Source of the DNA: Polyangiaceae bacterium
GTDB taxonomy: Bacteria > Myxococcota_A > Polyangia > Polyangiales > Polyangiaceae
Direction: 5' to 3'
DNA length: 64,000 nucleotides
NCBI GenBank assembly: GCA_050287085.1
Contig: JBNKBE010000024.1
Coordinates: forward strand, 1 to 64,000
Shown: positions 30,330 to 40,448 of the stretch, piece after piece
How positions within the stretch are numbered: the stretch's first letter is position 1
How the letters are laid out: the number at the start of each line of letters is the position of its first letter
Program-made: the position numbers and the translations under genes
The notes under the pieces: generated by a model
What the model saw: only the letters and a program-made list of their open reading frames with translations
Databases searched by the model: none
What the model was told of the DNA's origin: nothing

Positions 30330-30685
30330 TGTCGCGGGGGACAGGTCGCGACCAAGACGCCCCGCCGGGGAACAGGCGGCGAACCGGGGCTGACTCGATC
30401 TGACACGGCCTGTCTGTGTGACGAATGCGACAAGATGAAGTGGTACTCCGTGTACGAAAGCGTGACGATGGAGGGTTTCGACTGGCTATGAAACTACCAT
30501 TTTGCGGAAGTGTCGGCCAAGTGGACACACGAGCCGGCGAAATGTGAGCAAACTGAGGACTACCGGTGGAGACTGCCACGTCTGCGTCGGCCGGTTCAAT
30601 GGCTCGGCCCTTTCCCCGACATGAGGGATGTTGACGCGCAGCAATGTTATGGACGTCCAACTCCGTGGATCGTTCTACCCCCCTC

Positions 30686-31936
30686 ATGACTTCACCGCCG
30701 CACCCGCTGGGACCTCCCGCTGAAAGCATCGGGATCTATGTGCATTTTCCCTGGTGTATCAAGAAGTGCCCCTACTGCGACTTCCTGAGCATCCCGGGGG
30801 ATCCGGAGCACATTCCCCATCAACGCTATGCGGATCAGGTCATCACCGAGATGGCTCAAAGAGCCGAGGAGTATTCCGAGCGCGCCGTGCACAGCGTTTT
30901 CTTTGGCGGTGGCACCCCCTCCTTGTGGGAGCCGCGCGCGCTTGGGCGCGTGCTCGAAGCACTGTTCCACCGCTTTCCAGGCTTGGGTGCAGACGCGGAG
31001 ATAACGGTCGAGTGCAATCCTGGAAGCCTGACCCGAACCAAAGCGGAGCAGCTCCGCGCTGCCGGGGTCAACCGACTGAGTATCGGTGTCCAGTCACTGT
31101 CCGCTGAACGTCTAGCCTTTTTGGGCCGGTGGCACGACGCCTCTCAAGCCCTCGCCGCCATTGACGCGGCCCAACGGGCCGGCTTCCAACGCGTCTCTGC
31201 GGACATGATCATCGGTGTAAGCGGCCAATCCGCAGAGGAAGCGGTGACCGAGATAACGACACTGGCCGGCCTTGGATTGGAGCATCTTAGCGCCTATACG
31301 CTAACGTTGGAACCCGGCACTCGGTTCCATGCCCAGCACAAACAGGGACGACTTCCGCTGCTACCGGAAGAGGAAGTGGCTCGCTGCTTTGTGGCGGTAC
31401 GGCAATGCCTCACCGAACGCGGCTTCCGTCAATACGAAATCAGCAACTACGCGAAGCCGGACGCCGAAAGCCGGCACAATCTCGGCTATTGGCTCGGCAA
31501 CGACTACGTGGGCCTGGGTACAGGCGCGTTCGGCACCTGGACAACGCGTTCAGCGGCGGAAACGCGTGGGCTCCGCTACCGCAATACCCTGTCCGTCGAG
31601 CGCTATTTGGCGCAGGCCTTCAAGCCCTTGCCCTTGGGGCCTCCCCTCCCCGGACAGGAACCCACCGCGCTGACCTCTGACCCCCTGCTGTCCGTGGAGC
31701 ACCTGACGGCCGCCACCCTGCTCAGCGAGCGTTTGATGCTCGGACTACGCACCGATACGGGGGTTCTACCCGCCGCCCTCGCAGCGGCCCTGGGAGTGCC
31801 GGTTCTGACCCCCGAGCGCTTGAAGAAGGTGCAGCAACTGCAGGCGCGCGGCCGCCTCCGCGTCGCCGGCGATCGCTGGGTCATCCCCAGCGATCAGTGG
31901 CTATTCAGCGATGACACCATCGCGCGGCTGCTCTGA
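30686..31936 (+). CDS. hemW: Radical SAM heme chaperone HemW
   Basis: YVHFPWCIKKCPYCDF, FFGGGTPS, NRLSIGVQS, YEISNYA, HNLGYW...DY.GLG.GA. Confidence 0.9.
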   Translation: MTSPPHPLGPPAESIGIYVHFPWCIKKCPYCDFLSIPGDPEHIPHQRYADQVITEMAQRAEEYSERAVHSVFFGGGTPSLWEPRALGRVLEALFHRFPGLGADAEITVECNPGSLTRTKAEQLRAAGVNRLSIGVQSLSAERLAFLGRWHDASQALAAIDAAQRAGFQRVSADMIIGVSGQSAEEAVTEITTLAGLGLEHLSAYTLTLEPGTRFHAQHKQGRLPLLPEEEVARCFVAVRQCLTERGFRQYEISNYAKPDAESRHNLGYWLGNDYVGLGTGAFGTWTTRSAAETRGLRYRNTLSVERYLAQAFKPLPLGPPLPGQEPTALTSDPLLSVEHLTAATLLSERLMLGLRTDTGVLPAALAAALGVPVLTPERLKKVQQLQARGRLRVAGDRWVIPSDQWLFSDDTIARLL

Positions 31937-31991
31937 ACTTTGGGCCCAGGCAGGTCGCTCCGAGCCGCTCCCTGATAGCCCGCATGCGCTA

Positions 31992-33344
31992 CTAGGACAC
32001 GTTGGCCTGGAGGCGCCCCGCGTTGACTTGCTCCTGAAAGGGAAGCAGGTCCGTCAACGCGCGCTCAGCCATCGCCTGATACTTCATGCGCTTCTTCAAT
32101 CGGGCCCCGTCCCACGGGGCTAGGTGACTGAACGTGATATTGGAAGGCTGGTAGTCTCCTGGATTGCGCCCCAGCTGCTCGATCAACCCGCGATGAGCGG
32201 TCGTCAGGGGCGGCAGCAAGGGCTCCCGACCGCACAAGCGCTCGAAAACGAAGTGGCCGACGAGCAACCCCCCGGCAGCGCTCTCCACGTAGCCCTCGGT
32301 ACCCGTGATCTGCCCCGCGAAGTACAGGTCTGGTTCGCTGCGAAGCTGGAACGTCGCGTCCAAGCAGGACGGCGCATGCAGGAACGTGTTGCGGTGCACA
32401 GCCCCGTAGCGCAGGAACTCCGCACGCTCGAGGCCGGGTATCGTGCGGAAAACCGTCTCTTGATCCGGCCTCGCCATCCGCGTCTGAAAACCAACCAGGT
32501 TGTAGGCCGTGCCGGCCGCGTCCTCGCGCCGCAACTGCACCACGGCGGCAGGGGTCTTGCCCGTGCGCGGATCGCGCAAGCCAACCGGTTTCATCGGGCC
32601 GAAAGCCAGCGTCTTGGGACCGCGCTCCGCCATCACTTCGATAGGCAGACATCCCTCGAAATAGCGCGCGTCCTCGAATTCGCGCGGCAGAACCTTGCGG
32701 GAGCCAAGCAGAGCCGCCACGAACTCCGAGTACTGCGGTTCGTAGAGGGGGCAATTCACGTACGCCTTCTGCTCTTCCTCCGTGTCCCCCTTGTCATAGC
32801 GGGAAGCGCAATAGACCTTGTCCCAATCGATGCTGTCGGCGGCGACAACGGGGGCGATCGCATCGTAGTAGGCCAGGTGCTCCGCCCCGATCCGCTCGGC
32901 GATGCTGCCGGCCAGGGCATCAGCCGTGAGCGGGCCGGTTGCGATCACCACTGGCCGCACGTCGGGAATGGCGTCGACCCGTTCCGGCACGATGCGAATC
33001 AAGGGATGACTCCTCAGACGACGCGTCATCTCTGCGGCAAACACCTCGCGATCGACAGCAAGGGCCCCTCCCGCTGGCACGCGCGCTTGTTCTGCTACGG
33101 CCATGACCACCGAGCCGAGGCGCCGCATCTCCTCCTTCAATAGCCCGACCGCATTCGTCAGCGCGGCTCCGCGAAAGGAGTTGCTACACACGAGCTCGGC
33201 CAACGCGTCGCTCTTCTGCGCCGGTGTTCGGTGCTGAGGCTTCTGCTCATAGAGGTCGACCCGAACCCCTCGCTCCGCCAAAAACAAACTGGCCTCTGCG
33301 CCGGCAAGACCGGCCCCAATCACAGTTACGACTCGAGATTCCAC
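31992..33344 (-). CDS. trmFO: Folate/FAD-dependent tRNA m5U54 methyltransferase
   Basis: [55 protein letters not shown] start inferred. Confidence 0.95.
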   Translation of the reverse strand: MESRVVTVIGAGLAGAEASLFLAERGVRVDLYEQKPQHRTPAQKSDALAELVCSNSFRGAALTNAVGLLKEEMRRLGSVVMAVAEQARVPAGGALAVDREVFAAEMTRRLRSHPLIRIVPERVDAIPDVRPVVIATGPLTADALAGSIAERIGAEHLAYYDAIAPVVAADSIDWDKVYCASRYDKGDTEEEQKAYVNCPLYEPQYSEFVAALLGSRKVLPREFEDARYFEGCLPIEVMAERGPKTLAFGPMKPVGLRDPRTGKTPAAVVQLRREDAAGTAYNLVGFQTRMARPDQETVFRTIPGLERAEFLRYGAVHRNTFLHAPSCLDATFQLRSEPDLYFAGQITGTEGYVESAAGGLLVGHFVFERLCGREPLLPPLTTAHRGLIEQLGRNPGDYQPSNITFSHLAPWDGARLKKRMKYQAMAERALTDLLPFQEQVNAGRLQANVS

Positions 33345-33409
33345 GGCCCGGTTAATACCAGAGCCCAACCGGTGTACAAGCAGAGGTGTTCGCATCACGG
33401 AGCCAGCCC

Positions 33410-34441
33410 ATGCCGCACTCATTCGATGCCGCCGTTGTCATCGGTCGCTTTCAGCCCTTCCACGCAGGTCACCTGGCCCTGGTCAGGCACGCCCTGGAGC
33501 TCGCACCGAAGGCCTTGGTTGTTCTCGGCTCGGCGCACCGACCGCGTTCCCCCAAACACCCCTTCACGGTAGCCGAACGCTCCGCTTTCATACGCGCAGC
33601 TATGGGCCGTGACGCTGAACGCGTCACCTTCCTGCCCGTCCGCGACTACTATGACGAGCCACGCTGGCGCGCCGACGTCGAGGGTCAAGTGGCCGCCCTA
33701 GCTCCCAATGCTCGGGTTGCGCTCGTCGGCCACGAGAAGGACGCTTCGAGTCACTACCTCCTCGGATTTGCGCGCTGGAGCCGAGTCCTGCTGCCACTTC
33801 AGGGCGACGTCCACGCCACGCCGCTCCGCGAAGCCTATCTGAGCGCCCCAGCTCGGGCGCTCTCGAGCCTACTCGACAGCTGGAGTGCCCAATTTCCTGA
33901 GGCAACTCGGGACTTTCTCGCGGCGTTCGCTCGCCGAGCTGAGTACCAACACCTCGCCGCCGAGCTCAAAGCGCAACAGGCCTACCGGGCCTCGTGGTCA
34001 GGCGCTCCTTTCCCGCCGGTGTTCGTCACAGTTGACGCGGTCGTGACATGCAATGACCAGGTCTTGCTCATTCAACGCGGCCACTCCCCAGGGCGCGGGA
34101 CCTGGGCCCTGCCCGGCGGGTTTCTTGAAATTGCGGAAACAACCTTATGCTCGGCCCTGCGTGAGTTGGAGGAAGAAACTGGGCTAGTACTGCCGGAGAA
34201 GGCTCGCAGGCCCGCAGCCAGCGCAGTTTTCGACCACCCCGCGCGAAGCGAACGCGGCCGAACGATCAGTCATGTCTTCCACTTTGAGCTAAACACCGAA
34301 ACGCTGCCCCCGGTGCGCGGCTCCGACGACGCGGTGGCGGCCGAGTGGCTACCTAGAGCCGCCTTATTGGAGCGCGAAGCGACGCTTTTTGACGACCACT
34401 TTCACGTTTTGGACACCTTCCTCAATCTGCTACCCCGGTAG
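33410..34441 (+). CDS. nadM: Bifunctional NMN adenylyltransferase / Nudix ADP-ribose hydrolase
   Basis: [36 protein letters not shown]...[20 protein letters not shown]. Confidence 0.9.
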   Translation: MPHSFDAAVVIGRFQPFHAGHLALVRHALELAPKALVVLGSAHRPRSPKHPFTVAERSAFIRAAMGRDAERVTFLPVRDYYDEPRWRADVEGQVAALAPNARVALVGHEKDASSHYLLGFARWSRVLLPLQGDVHATPLREAYLSAPARALSSLLDSWSAQFPEATRDFLAAFARRAEYQHLAAELKAQQAYRASWSGAPFPPVFVTVDAVVTCNDQVLLIQRGHSPGRGTWALPGGFLEIAETTLCSALRELEEETGLVLPEKARRPAASAVFDHPARSERGRTISHVFHFELNTETLPPVRGSDDAVAAEWLPRAALLEREATLFDDHFHVLDTFLNLLPR

Positions 34442-34447
34442 CTCCCT

Positions 34448-35422
34448 TCAGCTCTCCGTCGAACCAACGCGCGCTACCACGCCAAGGGCAAAGGTCACCG
34501 CTCCTTGAAGGCAAAGCTGAAGCGCGCCGAGCTGAGCCTCGGCGACCGATATTCCGAGCCGGGACGCCACGTCATCCACATGAAGCGGCCCATCAGCGAG
34601 CGCGGCTAGCAGCTCATCCTCGAGAGCCACTTGTGGGCTTCCAGCAGCCAGAGGGCTCTGCAACACCGGCGCGCGCAACAGGCGGCCCCGCTTCGGAGCC
34701 GAACCGGAGGCGGCGAGCGACGCGGCGCCTACGGGCACACACCCGCGCACGCGCAGGGCCCGCAGCACGTCCGCCGGCCCCAGGCAGAGCTCGGCCCCCC
34801 GCTGCAGCTCTTGATTGCTGCCGAGCCCTTGTGAGACCCAAGGACAAGTCGGAACCACCAAGACGGGACGGCCAAAGCTGCGTGCCCACTTGGCGGCATT
34901 GCGCGCGCCACTCCGGATCGGTGCCTGAACGAGTACAACCAACTCGGAGAGCGCAACAAGCAACTCGTTGCGACGGAAGAAGTGATGCCTTCTGGCGACC
35001 ACTTCCGCTCGATGCTCGGAGACAAAGCCGCCGCCAGCGTCGACGATGGCCTGAAAAAGCGCCCCATGGCCCTCCGGATAGGGGCGATCGAAACTACAGG
35101 GCGCTACGACAACACTGGCGTGGGGGCGGCCGCCGTGCTCGGTCTCAGCCGCCCGCGCCGCCGCAAGAGCCCCCTCATGGGCCGCGCGGTCGATCCCCTC
35201 GGCCCCCCCCGAGAGCACCGTGACGCCGGCAGCGGCCAGTTCACGCCCCATTCGGTGCGCGAAGTCCCACGCGGGCTGAGTCGGATGGCGCGTGCCAACC
35301 ACGGCAACGCGTGGAATGTGGCCTAAATTGCCTAGCAGGAAGAGTTTCTTGGGAGGGCTATCGAGCTCCCGAAGCGCAGGCGGCAGGTGAGCTCTGGACA
35401 CGACCTCCGGGAGCTGTGGCAT
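34448..35422 (-). CDS. dprA: DNA-processing protein DprA
   Basis: VAVVGTR, SGGAEGID.AAH.GAL, FFRRN, SGA; C-terminal wHTH (LHVDDV). Start inferred. Confidence 0.88.
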   Translation of the reverse strand: MPQLPEVVSRAHLPPALRELDSPPKKLFLLGNLGHIPRVAVVGTRHPTQPAWDFAHRMGRELAAAGVTVLSGGAEGIDRAAHEGALAAARAAETEHGGRPHASVVVAPCSFDRPYPEGHGALFQAIVDAGGGFVSEHRAEVVARRHHFFRRNELLVALSELVVLVQAPIRSGARNAAKWARSFGRPVLVVPTCPWVSQGLGSNQELQRGAELCLGPADVLRALRVRGCVPVGAASLAASGSAPKRGRLLRAPVLQSPLAAGSPQVALEDELLAALADGPLHVDDVASRLGISVAEAQLGALQLCLQGAVTFALGVVARVGSTES

Positions 35423-35546
35423 GGGCTCCGTTCGTTCACCGCGATCCTGAGTTGCTTCAAATTGCACCGCTGGCGCCTAGATACTACATCCACACACAAT
35501 AGTTTCTGGACGACACGCGGAATGACCCGCTAAAGGCGTGTTGCTA

Positions 35547-36503
35547 ATGGAGGTAGTCGTCGCCACGCATGGCCACTGCTTCGACGGACTCGCCAGTGCC
35601 ACTCTCTTCACGTGGCTATTGAGCGAACTGCGCGGAGCTAAAGCGGATTTTCACTACGTCGCGTGCGGCTATGGTCCCGGACACCCCGGCGCTCCGGAGT
35701 CCTGTCTCAGCGGGGATGAAAACGCGCTGCTGGACTACCGCTTCACCGCGTCCTCACGCCTGCATTGGTACTTCGACCACCACAGGACCGCCTTCGGCTC
35801 GGAGCAGGACCGAGCCTACTTCGCCGCACAACAGCCCGACCGGCACTACTTCTTCGACCCCGACTACAGTTCCTGCGCCAAGTTGATCTTTGACACCGCC
35901 CAAACTCGCTTTGGGTTGGATCCAGCACCGCTCCAGGAGCTAGCCCAATGGGCTGACGTCGTCGACTCGGCGCGCTTCGAAAGCGCTGAAGCCGCAATCG
36001 ACCGCAGCGAGCCGGTCATGCGCTTGGTCAGCGTGACCGAACACCACGGCAGCGCCGACTTCATGAAGCGCTTTGTTAAGGGGATCTTGAAGGAGGGTAT
36101 AAGCGCCGTCGCAGCAAGCCGCGAAGTAGAGCAGTTCTACGGCGCAATCGGTAAGAGCCACGACGCCTTCCGGAGCGCGGTCAAGCGCCAAGCGCGCGCC
36201 GACGGCCGCGTCGTCTTGGTCGATCTGACGGAGCAGTCCGTCGACACGCTCGGCAAGTTCGTGACCTACGCGCTGTATCCTGAAGCGGTGTTCTCCGTGG
36301 TCGCCGCCCGGATTCGACGCGGCTATAAGATCTCAGTCGGCTATAATCCGTGGTGTGGAAAGCCGCTCGATACCGATATCAGCGCCATCTGCGCCCGCTA
36401 CGGCGGCGGAGGGCATAAAGTGGTTGGAGGCATTTCGTTGCCCGAGGGCGAGGGCGACCGCGCTCGCGAGATCGCGCGCACCATCGCCCAAGAGCTCCGC
36501 TAG
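35547..36503 (+). CDS. DHH/DHHA1 family phosphoesterase
   Basis: H..CFDG, YFDHH, SCA, GGGGH. Confidence 0.82.
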   Translation: MEVVVATHGHCFDGLASATLFTWLLSELRGAKADFHYVACGYGPGHPGAPESCLSGDENALLDYRFTASSRLHWYFDHHRTAFGSEQDRAYFAAQQPDRHYFFDPDYSSCAKLIFDTAQTRFGLDPAPLQELAQWADVVDSARFESAEAAIDRSEPVMRLVSVTEHHGSADFMKRFVKGILKEGISAVAASREVEQFYGAIGKSHDAFRSAVKRQARADGRVVLVDLTEQSVDTLGKFVTYALYPEAVFSVVAARIRRGYKISVGYNPWCGKPLDTDISAICARYGGGGHKVVGGISLPEGEGDRAREIARTIAQELR

Positions 36504-36530
36504 AGCGGGGCTCGATTTGCGAGGTGCCTT

Positions 36531-37301
36531 GTGACCACCCGCTCGGCCCCCTCCCTCTCCTCCCGCTGGCAACGCCCCGCCGAGCGCCCTCTGGTCTTGG
36601 GTCATCGCGGCGCCCGGCGGAAGCGCCTCGAGAACACCCTGGCGGCCTTCGAGCAGAGCCGTATCGACGGAGCTGATGGCATCGAGTTCGACGTGCAGCT
36701 GAGCGCTGATGGGCTACCCTTTGTGGCCCACGACGAGACCTTCACGCGGGTGAGCGACGGCGCCATTCGTTCGCGGCTGGCGGAGCTGGACAGCCACACT
36801 CTCGACCACATGCGCCTGCCCGGCGGCGAGGGCCCACCCCGCCTGCAGACGGTGCTGGACTGGGCGGCTCGCTACGACCAGCTACTGAATATCGAATTGA
36901 AGAGCTACGCCCCAGCGCGGGATCCCCTGCCTCGGATGGTGGCAGAGGTCCTGACCGCCACACCCGGCGTGGAGCGGATTGTCGTCTCTTCCTTCCACCC
37001 CGAGCTGCTCTTGCAGCTGCACGCGGCGTTGCCCCATGTTCAGCTCGGACTGCTGTTTACGGCTGAAGAGGCTCCAGTACTCGATAGCGAGGCGCTCCGT
37101 CCCCTGGCGGGCGCAGCTCTTCACCCGCCCAAGGACTGGCTGCTGGAACGCCCAGGGCGCGTGCAAGAGTACGGGGCAGGCCGAGCCGTCAACACTTGGA
37201 CCGTCAACAACCCTGAGGAAGCGCGAGAGCTCGCGCCCTACGTCAATGCGCTGATCAGCGACTGCCCTGACCAGCTACTCAGGGCGCTGACTTCCGGCTG
37301 A
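36531..37301 (+). CDS. Glycerophosphodiester phosphodiesterase
   Basis: GHRGA...ENT, IEFDV..S.DG...V.HD, NIELK, SSF, WTVN. Confidence 0.9.
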   Translation: MTTRSAPSLSSRWQRPAERPLVLGHRGARRKRLENTLAAFEQSRIDGADGIEFDVQLSADGLPFVAHDETFTRVSDGAIRSRLAELDSHTLDHMRLPGGEGPPRLQTVLDWAARYDQLLNIELKSYAPARDPLPRMVAEVLTATPGVERIVVSSFHPELLLQLHAALPHVQLGLLFTAEEAPVLDSEALRPLAGAALHPPKDWLLERPGRVQEYGAGRAVNTWTVNNPEEARELAPYVNALISDCPDQLLRALTSG

Positions 37302-38201
37302 GGGCCGAAGGGCACAAGGCGTCGCAACGCGTTGCACTCCACCCGGCTGCTGTTGGCTAAACGTGCCCGGCAAGAGCGGCGGATTGTGCTCCAGTCGCTT
37401 GTGCTGGAAGGTCACGTCTTGCTCGGCCACGGGCACACTGAAGCGAATGAAAAACGGCAGCTCCGCCCGGCACTCTGGACCGCTGGGGGAGACATCGGGT
37501 TCGATTCCTTCGGGATCTTGACGCGGCTTCGCCGTGTTGACCCGGCGGTGCTCTCCAAGTTCCGCTTCGTAGAGCACAACCCCCGCCTGCACCACGCGCA
37601 CCCGCCGAACGCGGAGTCGCTGCTCGGTCCAAGGTCCCGCGAAGGTATCTTCCGCGACTGCAAGCCATACCTCTTGAGTGCTTTGGTTGGCCCCCGAAAA
37701 GCGCAGCAGATATGCGCCGTCATCCCACTGCAGCGACGCATCACCCGGCTCGTGAAGCAGGACCGGAACCTCGCCTTCGAGCAGTTGCACCAGCGCCTCC
37801 GGTGGGATCGGCACTCGCAAGAACTGCTCAAGACTGCATTGGTCTGCAGGCCCGACCACGAACTTTCGCTGACGCTGGTCCAAGAGTGTGAACCACTCCC
37901 GATCCGCGGCCAGGGTCGCAAGCGTACCCCCCATGGGACTGATCACGTCGAGGCGCACCTGCTGGGGGTGCTGCGCCAGGAACAACGCTTTGAGCCGCAC
38001 CCGGCCGGTGTCGTCGAATGCGTCAAAGATGGTCTCGCCGCGAAGCGCGCGGCTGCAGGCCTGTTCAGCCCGCAGTCGCGCAATCGCCTGATCGGCGGTG
38101 GGGATCGGACTGCGCGGGGGCGGACCACCCAGGGCGCAAGCGCTGGCCCCAACACATACGAGGCCAGCGAGTATCCAGCGCGCTAGCTCAGCCGCCGGCA
38201 C
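37275..38201 (-). CDS. Hypothetical lipoprotein (LolA/LolB-like beta-rich fold possible)
   Basis: Lipobox ASAC; RLDVISPMG.TL pattern. Overlaps both neighbouring genes. Confidence 0.6.
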   Translation of the reverse strand: MPAAELARWILAGLVCVGASACALGGPPPRSPIPTADQAIARLRAEQACSRALRGETIFDAFDDTGRVRLKALFLAQHPQQVRLDVISPMGGTLATLAADREWFTLLDQRQRKFVVGPADQCSLEQFLRVPIPPEALVQLLEGEVPVLLHEPGDASLQWDDGAYLLRFSGANQSTQEVWLAVAEDTFAGPWTEQRLRVRRVRVVQAGVVLYEAELGEHRRVNTAKPRQDPEGIEPDVSPSGPECRAELPFFIRFSVPVAEQDVTFQHKRLEHNPPLLPGTFSQQQPGGVQRVATPCALRPSAGSQRPE

Positions 38202-39945
38202 GCAGCGCCTCGAAAAGCTCCGCGTCCGGCGTGGAAAGCTTGATGGTATCGGAAACCACCAACAACCCGTGTTGCTGGCACAGGTCTGCCAGAGTGCTTC
38301 CGGCGATCAAGTGAACGGGCGTTGCGCCGGGTGCCGCGGCTTCCTCGCGGGCGCCGCTGAGCACCGACGCGGGTGTTACGATAACCCCAACCGTCGCCTG
38401 CTCGTAGTGATGCAAGCTGCCGCGCAACTCCGTGACCCGCTCGCGGCCGACGTCGCGGCCCTCGCGACGCACGACCACGGCTGCGACCACGGGCCCCGTC
38501 GGCAAGGTCCAGGTTGCGGAAAAGTGCGACTCGGGACCATTACCCCCGGGGCGCTTGACGGCCCGAAAGTCCGAGAATCCAAGAACCTCGAGCAACGTGA
38601 GGGCCACTTCACCGAAGGCCCGTGAGGGCAGCTCCGACAAGCGCTTGGCCAGGGCCTTGCTCGCGGCTTCCTGATGACGGCGCACCAAAGCGGCGATCTC
38701 GCGCTCGATGGCCGCGAGATCGCGATCGGCGCTCCACTCGGTGAGGGCGAGTCGCCCACCCGACAAGAGGCGAAAACGGGGCTTCTGCCCCAGCGCTTGA
38801 CGTCGCAACGCGTCCGCGCGGACAGCGGCGCTGATCAGTTGCTGTTGGGGGCTGTCGCCACCACGCCCCCCGCGGCCCTTGGCAGCTCCTTGAGCGCGGC
38901 CGCCCTCGGCGAGCTGCTTGATGCTGGCTGAGCCCTGGCGGCGATAGCCACCAAGCGCCTGCTCCAACGCATCGGCCAGCGCGAGCCCGGACTGACCGTC
39001 CAGCTTGGGGCGCTCTCGACCGCCCCGTTCCTCCTCTATGACCGCCGGGGCTGCCTCAGGCGCGTCCGACACGGTGTAGGTCGGCAAGTCGTTGTCGTCG
39101 CGCTCCCGCTCACGTCCGCGCCGCCCTCGACCCCGACGCCTGCGTCGCCCTCGACCCTCATCCTCATCCTCGTCCTCATCGTTGGCGTCGCCCCCTAAGA
39201 TGGGTTCGTCGTCGTCGTCTTCCGCCTCGAAGATCTCGTTGGCGCCGGCGCTCAGCTCCGCGCGGGCGCGCTCATCGTCTCCAATCCCGGCGTCTTCGTC
39301 CTCGGAGTCCATGCTGGGCACCGGAATGCTGACCAGCGAAGTCTCGGCGGAGGCGTGAGCAGACTCTTCCTCTTCGTCGTCTTCGTCTTCGTCCACCTCC
39401 GGCTCAGCGTCGCTGTCCGGCGCCGCTTCCGAAGACGCAGCCGCCCCGAAGAGCTCACCTTGTTCATCTCCGTCGGAAAGTCGCTCGCTTCCGCTGTCCG
39501 GCGCTTCGTCGCTATCAGGCGCGCCCCGCTCGCTCGAAAGCGGTGCCTCCTCGTCGTCCTCTTCATCGGGGGGAAGGCTGTCGGCCTGCTTTGCGACGGC
39601 CTCAGCGGCTCCGCGTTCGCGCGCCTCCGCGCGTTTCGCCCGCGCCTGCTCCGCCTCCAGTCGCTGTAGCTTCTTGAGGGCGGGCGTTCGATCTTGAAGC
39701 CCCTGATCGATCGTCGCCTGATCCCAGTCGGATAGCGCAAATACCCCGGGCTTAACGCGTACGAGCTCGCTGTCGGGGCTCGCCTTCTTCACCACCGCGG
39801 CCAAACGTGCGCCCATCGTCACTTCCGGGCTCTTGCCCACGTGGCTGAGCAGATCTTTCTCGATCGCGACGTCGGTGATTTCTTTATAGTGGAGGGGCTT
39901 GCCCACGAGGCGCAGAACCTGCACCGCTGCTTCGGTAAAAGTCAT
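38188..39945 (-). CDS. HARE-HTH domain protein with long acidic linker and degenerate Mrr-like nuclease domain
   Basis: MTFTEAA..VL...GKPLHYKEIT..AI...G.SPE.TM.A.L (HARE-HTH); Asp/Glu-rich tract; Arg/Gly patch; C-terminal Mrr-like region. Confidence 0.72.
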   Translation of the reverse strand: MTFTEAAVQVLRLVGKPLHYKEITDVAIEKDLLSHVGKSPEVTMGARLAAVVKKASPDSELVRVKPGVFALSDWDQATIDQGLQDRTPALKKLQRLEAEQARAKRAEARERGAAEAVAKQADSLPPDEEDDEEAPLSSERGAPDSDEAPDSGSERLSDGDEQGELFGAAASSEAAPDSDAEPEVDEDEDDEEEESAHASAETSLVSIPVPSMDSEDEDAGIGDDERARAELSAGANEIFEAEDDDDEPILGGDANDEDEDEDEGRGRRRRRGRGRRGRERERDDNDLPTYTVSDAPEAAPAVIEEERGGRERPKLDGQSGLALADALEQALGGYRRQGSASIKQLAEGGRAQGAAKGRGGRGGDSPQQQLISAAVRADALRRQALGQKPRFRLLSGGRLALTEWSADRDLAAIEREIAALVRRHQEAASKALAKRLSELPSRAFGEVALTLLEVLGFSDFRAVKRPGGNGPESHFSATWTLPTGPVVAAVVVRREGRDVGRERVTELRGSLHHYEQATVGVIVTPASVLSGAREEAAAPGATPVHLIAGSTLADLCQQHGLLVVSDTIKLSTPDAELFEALRAGG

Positions 39946-40448
39946 AGTGTTCCGTATTCCGTGCATGCGGCGTCGGATGCGCCCCTTGGCGCTCCGCCCG
40001 TGAGCTCCCGTGCTTCGCGGTACCACCCGGACGGGCGTGACTTCTCACCGCTCCACGAGGGGAAGCGCTCGACGCTCCCAACGTGTGCGCAAGCAGCCCG
40101 CTCCGCGACGTTGTCCTCGCTCCGCCGATAGTCCGGCGTTTGCGAGCACACGTCGATGCTAGGAGGTGAGCGACTTGGGTGAGACACGCAACGTGCGTAC
40201 CTCGCTTGGCCTCAGAGCGTGCGGCGATCGGAACGATGGCTCGCGCCAGGGACGACGTCCCCGCTGTCAGCCAATCCCGACGTCCAACTACCCGTTGCAT
40301 CACAATGGTCTCTGAATTGCGGGCTCTGCCCACCGTGGGCGGCTCCCGCGACCGCGCTTCATACCACGCCCGCCCGGACCTAGTAGCTAAACGCTGCAAA
40401 AAAAGGCGGCTGACCAAGCCAAGCGCTGCTAGAGCTGCGGGCCGACTC

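Noticed and set aside
30197..30403. Cys-rich (CCTAG)n peptide as a metallothionein or RiPP precursor beside a radical SAM gene
   Set aside because: It is one reading of the VNTR, has no clear ribosome-binding site, and the radical SAM protein is an ordinary HemW.
22129..34441. ADP-ribose metabolism link between the Nudix genes and DarTG
   Set aside because: The Nudix and nadM genes are scattered housekeeping genes outside the island.
38188..39945. Active type IV (Mrr) restriction endonuclease
   Set aside because: The catalytic D and (Q/E)xK residues are not recognisable.
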